Part shown: positions 52,879 to 64,000 of the stretch, piece after piece
Layout of the letters: each line of letters begins with the position of its first letter
Numbering within the stretch: position 1 is the first letter of the stretch
NCBI GenBank assembly: GCA_951406725.2
Contig: OX597827.1
Location: 33,666,001-33,730,000 of the forward strand
DNA length: 64,000 nucleotides
Reading direction: 5' to 3'
Source: Octopus vulgaris
Lineage: Eukaryota
Translations under genes and position numbers: made by a program
Notes under the pieces: generated by a model
The model's database searches: none
Seen by the model: only the letters and a program-made list of their open reading frames with translations
What the model was told of the DNA's origin: nothing

Positions 52879-53305
52879 GGATCTTTTCGGTTTGAACGGC
52901 AGTTTTTTAAGATAATTTCCACGTTTAAACTTCGTATACTGGTAGAATGTGTTTATAAAACATCTTTTTCTCTTGGCTTTATTGAGAAAATTCTATAGGT
53001 TGTAAGATATTTGCTGGTTTTTTTTCTTCAATTTCTGCAATTTCAACCAATCAATGACGCCTATTGAGGTGAAAACATTCTGTGCCGTATGAATATGTCC
53101 CTCGTTTAAGAAACAGATTGGGTTTATTTACATTTGTGAAGAAAAAAAGATACCCTTCCCCCACCCCTAACCCTAACTAATCCTAACTCTAACCCTAACC
53201 CTAAAACAGATTGAAATGCAATAGATCGATACTAGGGTCATAATTATGGGTGACAATTTCATATGACACCGCTAGAAAAAACTGCCGTTCAAACCGAAAA
53301 GATCC
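52879..53305 (+). mobile_element. Merlin-type MITE M1, copy 3 (best preserved)
   Basis: Perfect 30-bp TIR GGATCTTTTCGGTTTGAACGGCAGTTTTTT and perfect 8-bp TSD CAAGTTAG (52871-52878, 53306-53313). CCCTAA-like units at 53165-53204. Confidence 0.95.
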
Positions 53306-55179
53306 CAAGTTAGAAGTAAAAAATCCTGTCTCTAAGACTAGGAATCATAGAACCGGTTACCCGCTTTCCAGCCTGGATAAATGAACGTGAAATGCTGTGA
53401 CGTCGCACGGTTACAACATTTACTAAATGGTGTACTAGAGCAATGTGAAATGAAATGTCCTGCTGAAGAACCCAATCCACCACTTTAACCACTAGGCCAC
53501 ACACCTTCACTTGAAAGGGTGAAAATGACACAATAATTGTAGATTTATACATGAAAACCATGCCTTTCCGTAAAATTATTCGGTTTTTCAAAAATAAACC
53601 ATATATAAAAATCCCTTTCCTCCATTTTTTTGTGGATCGAAATCAATGAATACAAAATAGATATAAAAAATACCACAATTTTTTCGGATGGATAATTAAT
53701 CTCAGAAAATTCTTTCATAAATTGGATGTAATGCAAGGGAGATAACTAGATCCCATCTTTGCTCACACATACATACATACACACACACATACTTACACAA
53801 ATCCGATTCAAGTATTTTTTCCAGCTTGTTTATTAATATTTTCTAATCTTTATTGTTTTTGAAAATTGCAATTGAAAAAAAAATCTGATATTGAAATTTG
53901 AATTTAACTCAAAATTTAATCAAATATATTTGCTATCGATTACTGTTTCTACTTTTTAATAAATAAATAAATGATCAATAATTTTGAATTAAATTTAAAT
54001 TTTAATTCCATATTAAAATATTTAGTCTGATTTATTAATTTTTTGCCGTTTTATCCATCTGAAATTTTAAACGCAAAATCAAAATAGAAAATCGATACTT
54101 TTTCTGCAGTTGAAACTTTCGGTAATCCTTCGAAGATGTAAATATCTTGATGGAGACAATTCCGGTAACATTATTGATTAGATGATTGATTGATTTAGCG
54201 TTCGATTACGTTTTTCGTTTAAGTGGTGTAGGTTGGTTATAATCTGGGTTAACGATACAGTTTTATTACTTAGTTGAGTCCCATTCACTCCTGTTTATCC
54301 CTCGTAATTGTGATGTTTAACCCCAGGCTTATGCTTTTGACTTATGATTACAAAATTTGCGATATTTTATAGATTGTTGTGTGACTGTATACAATAAGTT
54401 CCTTATTATTCTTATTATTTTTCCACCGAGACCAATTTCACCTTTTATCCTTTTGGGGTCGATGAAAATAAGTACCGGTCGGACACTGACGCCGATGTAA
54501 TCAATTTACTCATCTCCCTTAAAATTGCTAGCTCTGTGTCAAAATTTGAAACGATCATGATGATGATGATGATGCATCATCATTATTATTATTAGGATGA
54601 CGGATTAGGAAAATCTTTAGCCTTTGAGACAAAAATCTTTGTGGTATTTCTTTCGTCTTTACTTTCTGAGGTCAACTTTGCCTTTTATCCTTTCAGTGTT
54701 GATAGAATAAGTACCAATCAAGTACTGGAGTCACTGTAATCCACTTGCCCCTTCCTCCAAATTTCAGGACTAGTATTTATAGTACCCATACTTAAAGACA
54801 TTTGCCCAAGGTGCCATGCAGTGGGACTGAATCCAGAGCCAAGTGATTGAGAAGCAAGCTTCTTACCATACAGTCACACCTGTGCCTAGACTGGCCCATG
54901 TCACGTTAAAAGCACCCAGCACACACTGTAAAGTAGTTGGTGTTAGGAAGGGGATCTAGCCATAGAAACCAAGCCAAACCAGACTGGAACCTGGTGCGGC
55001 TCTCCTGCTTGCCAGCTCTGGTCAAACTGACAAGCCCATGCCAGCATGGAAAACAGATGTTAAAGGATGATGATGATATGCATGGCAGTTGGTTGAGAAG
55101 TTTGTTTCACAATCACAAGTAAAAGTTAGAAGATAAAAGATATATGTGCAGACATGGCAATATAGGTACTGGTATGGGT

Positions 55180-55575
55180 GAGTTATTAAGAAGCTTGCTT
55201 TGCAACCATGTAGTTTTCAGTTCAGTCTTACTTTGTGGTATAATGGCAAATGTCCACTAATATATGTTGGCTGACTAATGCTTTGTGAGTGAATTCAGTT
55301 GACAGAAACCACGTGGAAGCTCACCATATGTGTGTGTGTGTGTGTGTGTGTGTGTCTGTGTTTGTATCTGTCTCCCCTCCACTGCTTGAAAACTAGTGTT
55401 GGTTTGTTTGCATCCCAGTATCATAATGGTTTTGCAAAACAGAGCAAGAGAATAAGTACCAGACATCAAAAAGGAAAATAAATAAGTACTGAGGTCAGTT
55501 TGTTTGACTAAACCGTTGAAGGGTGTCCCAGCATGGCCACAGTCCAGTGACTGAAGCATGTAAAGAATAAAAGAT
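55180..55575 (+). mobile_element. Diverged SINE family A copy
   Basis: Central (TG)n and a 3' CCAGCATGGCCACAGTC...GACTGAA...TAAAGAATAAAAG end. Confidence 0.75.
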
Positions 55576-55689
55576 AGTCTTAGCATGCATTCTCCCACCC
55601 TCCATCTGTTGGGTTTTCAGGAATGGCATTTTTTTTATTGCCACAAACTGATTTTCAGTTAGGTATCCTATTACATTGTCAGCAATCAT

Positions 55690-56150
55690 TGGCATGTATG
55701 TGTGTGTGTGTACATGTGTGCATGCATGTGTATATGTGTTTGTGTTTATGTGTATATGTGTGTATGTATTTGTGCGTGGGTGGGCTGGAGTACCTAAATG
55801 AGTGTGCATATGTGTTTTAGTGCCCATCTGTATATGTTTGAATGTGTGTAAATATCTTTATGTAAGTATGTATGTATGTATGTGTGTATGTGTGTATGTA
55901 TGTGTGTGTGTGTGTATGTGTGTATGTATGTATGTATGTATGTATGTATGTATGTGTGTATGTATGTGTGTATGTATGTGTGTATGTGTGTGTGTATGCA
56001 TGTTTTATAGTTGTGTGTTTCTGTATTTGTTTCTGTAGCATTGTCTGCATAATTCTGAATGTGTATTGTGTGTATGTATGTATGTGTGTGTTTATGCATA
56101 TATTTTGTATGTGATTGTATGTAAATGTTAGTGTACATATATGTTTGTGC
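55690..56150. repeat. TG/TATG low-complexity tract
   Basis: Seen directly in the sequence. It is the source of the MCVC/HTYI ORFs. Confidence 0.9.
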
Positions 56151-56664
56151 ATTCTGTTGCTGTTGGTGTGTTTCTTGGTTTTCTTGCCTTAATTAGTGAG
56201 AAAAGGAGGAGGGGAGGAGGAAAAAGATACAGTAGGAGACAAGTGGGGGTGGGGTGGGCATAGGAGAGGGGTTGGAGGAGAGTCACTCATGGCCTTCCTA
56301 AACCTTCCAAAAATGCTGAGGTTGTTGTTGTTTAGCCCCAGCTCAGTTCAGACAGAGACAAAGATAGAGATAAGGACATAGAACAAAGGCCTTCCAACCA
56401 TGATCCTCCCATCCATCAAACAAAGTATTCCTGATATTCCTGATTACATTATCTGGTGTGCCCATTATTTAAATGACAGTTTGGTGTGACGTGAAGGAGA
56501 TTGGCTCTATTTCTAGCAAGTCAGGCAACCATGTAACAGCTTTCCTGAAATTCTGTTTCTTAATATTGACAAGGGGGAAAATTTCTAGAGTGTCACAGAT
56601 TTTCATACAAAGAAGCATGGCTGTGAGGTTCAGAAATCTGATTTACAACTGCATGGCTGTAGGG

Positions 56665-56762
56665 CAGTATTTCTCAACCATTTTTTACCTATGGACCCCT
56701 TTGATTCCTATTTTACTTGGATGGCCCCTCCAAGCCATTTGATGTTGAAAAAAATCCTATTA
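56665..56762 (+). mobile_element. hAT (Buster/Charlie-like) left end
   Basis: CAGTATTTCTCAACC preceded by CTGTAGGG (nnnTAnnn). It is interrupted by the Tigger element. Confidence 0.55.
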
Positions 56763-56764
56763 TA

Positions 56765-57815
56765 CAGTAGAACCTCACAGTACGAGTGCACCATTGTATG
56801 GCTGTACGAGCTGAGGCTCAACTGAATTTTTCTCTTGAAGTATGAGCTAAAATCTGCAGGACAAGTGAGTCTCATACAAGTGACCCCTAGTCAGCACTGA
56901 GCTCGCACATGCTCTCCCTTTAAGTGCAGTCTCCAGTCGCTCACTTCACATGTTTATCTCATTGTGGCAGCATCCCTGTTGTGTTTTCCCCAGTGTTTTT
57001 GTTTAGTTTTGTGCATTTTTTTCTATTATTTTATAATAATTAGTTGTGTTAGCCATGTGTCCTAAAAATGTTAGTGCAAAGTACAGTGTTGAAAAGAAGA
57101 AAAACTGATTATGATAGAATTGAAGAAGACAATCATTGATAAGCATGAAAGAGGAATGTGTGTAGTGGCATAGTGCATCAATATGACTGAAGCATGTTGA
57201 TGATCTGCCCCAGCCTGAAGAAAAAAGATGAAATCAAGGCTGATACAACAGCAAAGTTTATCTCCAGACTCTCTAAGTGACATGAATCTGTTCACAACTC
57301 ACAAAGGATACTATTACAGAGACCATCATCTGCAAAAAAGCCTGAGCGCTGTATGGGGATCCCTTGAAGCAGAACCCTGGAACATCGATGGAGGAGACAT
57401 CAGCAGACACATTCAAGGCCAGTTGCTGCTGGTTTGATAATTTCAAGAAGTCTGGTGTTCATAATGCCATCAGGTATGGAGAAGCAGCTGAAGATTATGT
57501 GTGTGAATTCTGTCAGATCATCGCAGCCGAGGGGTACATCACACAACAGGTATTCAACTGTGATGAAACTGGCCTTTTTTGGAAAAAGTGCCCAGAAGAA
57601 CCTACATAACTGCAGAGGAGAAGAAAATGCCTGGCCACAACCCTATGAAAGATAGGCTAACTCTTGCTCTTTGTGCCAATGTGAGTGGAAACTTGAAGAT
57701 TAAGCCACTTCTTGTCTACCATTCTGAAAACTCATGAGCATTCAAATTGCACAAAATCCTGAAGGAGAAGCTGCATGTTATGTGAAGAACAAATGTTAAA
57801 GTCTAGGTCACCAGG
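56765..57815 (+). mobile_element. Tigger (pogo) element, 5' part, with dead transposase
   Basis: TA|CAGTAGAACCTC left TIR. Motifs IELKKTIIDKHERG, FKAS..WFDNFKK, QVFNCDETGLFWKK, MKDRLTLALCAN and KPLLVYHSEN, with frameshifts. Confidence 0.9.
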
Positions 57816-59784
57816 AGGGTCACATAGTGCTGTCAGAGTAAGATAAGTTGTTCAGCAACAGCAGTTCTTTTAGAAAGAGGAATTTCTTTGACTGCATGAC
57901 TGGACAGGAAGCTGGTGGCACCTCAATGTTGTCACACCCTACACCTTATACATCATCCCCCCACCAATCTTCTGATCTAATGCTCCTGAGCCATTTCTAT
58001 CTCCTATCTCACTCCCATCTCCATACTGGTATTTTCCATCAGCTGTAGCTCCACCACCATATCTAACCATATGTTACTCTCCCCTCACACATTTATGAAA
58101 GAACTCCTTTCTCTTCTCCTCTCCTCTGACCCACTATCTGTATCCTTTCTTATACTCATCTTCCTGTACCCCAACTGCTCTCACCCACCACTGTATAAGT
58201 GTGGTAGCCACGTATTCTCTGTGTAACAAGACACCTATTATGGCTGTCCCTCTATCATGCTCTGCCTTGGTATAAAACATCACTTACCTCAAATACTCCC
58301 CATCACCTTGTAGTAGGAGCTTTTTCCCTATTGTTTATCTCTATATTGTAAGTTATTTGCTAACCTCACTAGTGCTGGTGGCTTGAAAAAGGCACCCAAT
58401 ATATACTATAAAGTGATTGGCATTAGGAAGGGCATCCAGCCATAGAAACATACTGGGTATTGTCAAGCTGGAGGAGCTTGCGTCTCCAATTGGCCAATGA
58501 TGGGTAGCAAGCTTTCAGAGCATCATATACTGACTGGAGTTGTTGAGCATAAAGGCTTGCATTGACAGCATGACCATCTGGAACAAGCTAAAAGTACAAC
58601 ACACCTTTGAAATTCCACCAGACACACAACATGACCTTCTGTTCAAACTGTCCTTGTTTGGCAACAGGTTCTGAAGCCTGACTGGAACATAGCCACTGAT
58701 GTTTTTTATTAGAATTATGAAAATAGATCCAGTTACAATTTGATACTAAAATGGGCAGCTTGAGTATTTGCCAGCAGTTGTTTGCAAATGTTCACCTGTC
58801 ATTGAGCCTGGTTATGGAACATGGACATTAAATAATGATGATGATGAGGATATGTATGTGTGTTTATCTGAATATGTATATATTAAAGGAGGATATAAAT
58901 ATTGGCAAGAAACTAAAAAAAAAAATAGAAGTGTTTAAAGGAAGTCTTTTATGATATTTGTTCTGAACCAAGTTATACACATTCTTGTCTCTTTCACTTT
59001 CAGAAATACAGTGAATTAGTGAATGGTTCTACTAAAACCTTCAACCAATGATGCTATTGTTCACCAATTCTGATGTAAAATATATGAAGAACTGAATATT
59101 AAAGCTGAAATATGCTACATTCTTGAAGAGAAAGCCTTGTATTGAGGGCATAGATTTGACAGTGTTAAGTATGTGAGGTCACCACAAGAGATATTAAGAG
59201 ACTATGATGTCTGTAGTTCATGATGAGCGTATGGGAGGTGCATGTATGTTGTGGTTGTATCATTACACTGCTGAAAAAGATTAGGGTTTCCTTTTCATCA
59301 GTTAGTCAAGAGAGAGGGGTAGTGCCTATTACCTTTTACAAGGTCTCCAAGATTAGTTGGTGGGCAGGAGGAGAGGCATTCTCAAACTGAAGACTTACCT
59401 CCAATGATTGTAATGAAACAGATTCCACTAAAGGCACTGACATGCCAAGTGGTGATGTTAGACTGGGTGACTAAGCCCATTGTAAAAGTAGGCCATGGTG
59501 GGGTTTGAACTCTGATCTCAACAAATTGGAACAAATGATCCTAGACATCTCATTTGATGCTCTGATATTTCCATCAGTCCATCACTCTAGATCGGTACTT
59601 CAGCTATCAATCCTGGAAAGACAAAAAGCAAAGCTGACCTTGATAGCTATTGAACTCAGAATGCAAGGAGCCAGAATAAAAGGAATTTTGCTCACCCTTC
59701 TAACTCTTCTCTAAATGTCTCCAGTGAAAGATGACCTTAAAGTCAGTGTGATGGAAGAGTCCTCCATATCTGTTGTTGGGTGTT

Positions 59785-60010
59785 TGGGCTCTGCCCACAA
59801 GGGGCTACACACAGAGGAGACAAACAAGGGCAGACAAACGGATTAAGTCGATAATATCGACCCTAGTGAGTAACTGGTGCTTATTTAATCGACCCCGAAA
59901 GGATGAAAGCCAAAGTCGACCTCGGCGGAAATTGAACTCAGAATGTAGCGGCAAATGAAACGCCGTTAAGCATTTCACTTGGTGTGCTAACGTTTCTGCC
60001 AGTTCGCCGC
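59785..60010 (-). mobile_element. SINE family B copy
   Basis: Reverse complement of the 35547 copy. Confidence 0.88.
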
Positions 60011-60119
60011 TTTATGCCAGTTCACCGCCATCTGACCACAGACTTTTCTAGCTAATTAAGACCTTCATAATGACAATCTTCATTTAGGTACAGATATTGG
60101 TGATGCTTTTTGAGAACAT

Positions 60120-60470
60120 ACTGCATTTGATGTTTGATGTAATATTGATTTTGTTACAATATTTGTATTGCTGCAATATTGATTTTGATGTGATATTGAT
60201 AAGTTTGATGTGAATCTGATTTTGGTATAATATTGATTTTGGTGCAATATCTTGATTTGATTAATATTGATTTTAGTGTGATATTGCTGCTACATTGATA
60301 TTGGTGCAATATTGATTTTGATACTAATTTGATATTGAGATTATTATTATTGATTTTTGAAGTGGTATTAGTATTGGTTTGTTACTGATATTGGTTTAAT
60401 AAATGTTACAATGATATTAATAGCAATATTCATATAGTAATATCAATATTGGTGTGATATTAGTATCAGA
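60120..60470. repeat. Degenerate AT-rich minisatellite (ATATTGATTTTG-like units)
   Basis: Recurring ATATTGATTTTG(G/A)TG motif. Confidence 0.75.
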
Positions 60471-61139
60471 GCAAAAATGTGTGTGTGTGTATGTGTGTGA
60501 GTGTCTATATTCATGTATGTGTGTATGCATGCATGCATATATGTATGAATTTTCTTTGAGTTTTATTTAATTCTTCTTGAGAGAGTTCAAGCCTAACAAA
60601 GTGACAAGATGTTTTGAGTTAAGAGAGTTCCCAGTGTTTGTAAATATGTGATTGAGGTGGTGTGTTGGTTAAACTGTCAATGCATGCACCCAAGTGTGTG
60701 CATCTATTCACTTAAGAACCTCAGATGAATGTCTTATAAATCTTCACTGTGCCACTAATAGATTGGATTTGGAGAATCCGCATGTTTCTTATGTTCTTTT
60801 TTTTGTGAAACTGAGCATTTCTAGTTTTTTTTTTGTGCAAATTTGTTTGTACATAACTTAATGCACCTATGATGATAGGTACAAATGTGTGTGTGTGTGT
60901 GTGTGTGCATGTGTGTATGTGTGTATGTATGTATGTGTGTGTGTATGCATGTATGTATGTCTGTATGTATGTATGTATGTGTGTGTATGTATGTATGTAT
61001 GTACGTATGTATGTGTGCACCTGAAGTATATTTTATATTTTATATATTTATGCTGTGAAATTTGATTTACTAGTAAATTGAATTTTTCCCTGTAAGTTTG
61101 GAGTTATACTCCCTAATATTATTATTATTATTATATATA

Positions 61140-62225
61140 TATAAGAGATGCAGCAACATTAAAGGGAAATTAACAGATAAGATAGCTTTCATGTGCGGCA
61201 GATGCACAGGGACAATAGACACAACAGACACTCAGAAAACAGATTCCATCACACTCCAGGGAGAGAAACTAGAAGTAGTTGATAGTTTCCGCTACCTGGG
61301 TGACCAAGTTAGTAGTGGAGGTGGATGCACAGAGAGTATCACCACTAGAATACGAATAGCCTGGGCAAAGTTCAGAAAGCTCCTACCCCTACTGGCAACA
61401 AAAGGTCTCTCCCTCAGAGCGAAAGGTAGATTGTATGATGCATGTGTGCGAACTGCCATGCTTCATGGTAATGAAACATGGGCAGTGACTGCAGAGGACA
61501 TGCGTAGACTTGAAAGAAATGAAGCTAGCATGATCCGCTGGATGTGTAGTGTCAGTGTGCACGCAAGACAGAGTGTAAGCATCCTAAGAGAAATGCTGGA
61601 TATAAGAAGCATCAGATGTGGTGTGCAAGAGCGACGCTTGCGATGGTATGGTCATGTGCTGCGGATGGATGAAGAGAGATGTGTGAAGAAGTGCCACTCC
61701 CAAACAGTTGAAGGTATCAGGGGGAGAGGTAGACCCAGGAAGACATGGGATGAGGTAGTCAAGCATGACCTCAGAGCATTGGGCCTCACTGAGGCAATGG
61801 CGAAAGACCGAGATCTCTGGAGATATGCTGTGACTGCAAAGACCCGGGCTGCTTTCTGCAGCAATTCCACATACCCCCTACCCATTCAAAGTACCCCGGA
61901 TCCCCAAAGTACCCCAGATCCCCAAAGTACCCCGAATCCCCAAAGTATCCCGGACCCAGTTGCCCCCGTGCCGCTGGCACGTTAAAAGCTCGAACCGATC
62001 GCGACCAATGCCGGACCCCCCGGCCCCTGTGCAGGTGGCACGTAAAAAGCACCCAATCCACTCACGGAGTGGTTGGCGTTAGGAAGGGCATCCAGCCGTA
62101 GAAACTCTGCCAAATCAGACTGGAGCCTGGAGCGGCCCCTGGCTTCCCAGACCCCGGTCAAACCGTCCAACCCGTGCTAGCGCGGAAAACGGACGTTAAA
62201 CGATGATGATGATGATGATGATGAT
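61140..62225 (+). mobile_element. 5'-truncated RTE-clade LINE with an open C-terminal ORF, 3' UTR and (GAT)n tail
   Basis: ORF 61098-61985 contains LEVVDSFRYLG, RIRIAWAKF, RRLRWYGHVLRM and GRGRPRKTW. The tail GGACGTTAAAC(GAT)n ends the element, and (TA)n lies on both sides. Confidence 0.93.
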
Positions 62226-62250
62226 ATATATATATATATATCATCATCAT

Positions 62251-62430
62251 CAAAAACACCCACTACACTCACGGAGTGGTTGGCATTAGGAAGAGCATCC
62301 AGCTGTAGAAACACTGCCAAATCAGACTGGAGTCTGGTGCAGCCTCCATGGCTTACCGGACCCCGGTCGAACCGTTCAACCCATGCTAGCATGGAAAACG
62401 GACGTTAAATGATGATGATGATGATGATGA
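62251..62430 (+). mobile_element. Second RTE 3' tail
   Basis: Near copy of 62045-62225 ending in (GAT)n. Confidence 0.9.
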
Positions 62431-63133
62431 AGTTGGAATAAAGAGCCAGTGTGAAATTTTGCATTAAACTTGGGAACTCTGCTACAGAGGCATGGAGCCA
62501 GCTTCAGCGAGCTTATAATGATAAGGCAATGAGCTGCACGTAATGTTTAGAGTGGCATGGGTGCTTCAAAATGGAAGAACATCCCTGGAAGACAATGAGT
62601 GATCTGGAAAACATACCACAAGTGTCATTCCCAGAAAGGCAGAGAAAATTATTCAGCTTGTGCATGAAGGTCATCAGAGGACAATCAATGATGTTTTAAA
62701 GCATTTGAGAGAGGACATTCAGCAAAAGCAACTGGAGCACAAAGAATTGGATTCTTCATGACAACAATGCATCCAGTCACTGAGCTCTTCTCACTTGTGA
62801 GTTTCTCACCAAAAACAACATGGCATCGCTTCTGTATCTGTCCTATTCACCAGATTTAGCACCTGCAAACTTCCACTTCTCCCCCAAGATGAAAATGCAG
62901 CTCAAAAGTTACTGTTTTAACACTGTTGTTGAGATAAAGAGCAAATTGCAGAAGGCCCTTGACTTGCTTACAGAAAATGACTCCCAGGTCAAATTCCATA
63001 AGTGACAGGAATGCTGGGACCAATGAATTGCTGTACATGGTGACTATTATGAAACAGATAATGTTAAATCTTGGGTAAATAAGTTATTTTTATTAAAAAG
63101 TAACAAGTCTGGGTACTTTTTGATACCACCTCA
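62431..63133 (+). mobile_element. Internally deleted mariner element
   Basis: RASVKFCIKLGNSATE HTH, WILHDNNASSH and YSPDLAPANFHFSPKMK. The right TIR is ...ACTTTTTGATACCACCTCA|TA. A related fragment recurs at about 63640-63750. Confidence 0.85.
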
Positions 63134-63330
63134 TATGTATATGTATGTATGTATATATATATGTATGTGTATAAAAAACCACCCTTTGTCAATTCAACTA
63201 TGAAAAAATCAAATTATACCATATAGAAAAAGATTACACCATATAGATAACAATTAAATATAAGATAAAACATATATCAATGATTAAATAATATACAAAA
63301 TAATAAATAAAACGTATATAATTGGTAAAA

Positions 63331-63413
63331 TGACTACACGTGTTTCGTGGCTATACTTAAGAACTGATAACTGTAAAATCAATTCAATTTAAATACAGCC
63401 ACTCTTCAGGTCA
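63331..63413 (-). ncRNA. Type I hammerhead ribozyme motif (minimal, palindromic stem III, Penelope-like)
   Basis: Minus strand reads TGAC-CTGAAGA-GTGGCTGTATTTAA...TTAAGTATAGCCAC-GAAA-CACGTG-TA-GTCA. This gives a 4-bp stem I, a 14-bp stem II with two G-U pairs, intact core boxes and a GUA triplet. Confidence 0.85.
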
Positions 63414-64000
63414 AAGATAAAAACAATAAAATAATTAAATAAATAAATATACATATATAATCTTGTAAAATACGAAATATCTTAACAAATATATTCTGGT
63501 GTAAATAAAACTAGAATAAATAGGTATAAATATTTATTATATTTATGAAAATAAAATTTTAACTTATATAAGAAAAGAATAACAAACTATAATATCATTA
63601 CTAGAAAAATTAAAATACAATTAATTAAATTATTTAAAATTGGATTCTTCATGACAACAAAGCGCCCAGTCACTGAGCTCTCCTCACTTGTAAGTTTCTC
63701 AACAAAAATAACATTGCATCGCTTCTGCACCTGTCTTATTCACCAGATTCTACCATCTCATCTATACTCTGATACCCGTTCCTTGCAAGTATACCCTGGC
63801 ACTTGCCACCATCTCTCCCCTACCCTTGCCTCTCCTATTCTCTCTTTTCTTTCCTCTCCCCTCTAGCTGAGTAATCATGAATCTCATCTACAGCAACAAA
63901 CGTGTAAGAGATGTAGTGAAATCACAAGTAGATTAACAGATAAGTTCACCTTCGTGTGTGACAGATATGCAGGAACAATAAACACTAAGAGCACATGGGA

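Noticed and set aside
53165-53204. Telomere or chromosome-fusion scar
   Set aside because: The CCCTAA units are internal to a MITE with TIRs and a TSD, and they recur in its other copies.
60540-60800. Possible Penelope GIY-YIG C-terminal remnant
   Set aside because: Manual translation gave no convincing motif.

Overview
AT-rich, repeat-dense eukaryotic genomic DNA. The SINE families, microsatellite load and C2H2 gene style suggest an octopus (cephalopod) genome, which is an inference from recalled repeat families and not a database match. I can support only one intact host gene: a single-ORF, 8-finger C2H2 zinc-finger protein (13643-14827, minus). The rest is transposon debris. It includes two abundant tRNA-derived SINE families, RTE-type LINE 3' ends with (GAT)n tails, and a near full-length hAT/Buster element with an 8-bp TSD. 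There are also mariner and Tigger/pogo fossils, Gypsy gag and LTR remnants, a non-autonomous Helitron, piggyBac-like MITEs, and a Merlin transposase remnant. A family of Merlin-type MITEs (GGATCTTT ends, 8-bp TSDs) carries telomeric TTAGGG repeats and CCAAT/TGACG motifs. The most notable signal not visible in the ORF track is a set of minimal type I hammerhead ribozyme motifs on the minus strand. One is clean (63331-63413), one is good (3954-4017) and one is degenerate (about 17810-17950). All three lie near (TA)n tracts, consistent with Penelope-like retroelement fragments. Coordinates were read by eye, and the edges of old repeats are approximate.
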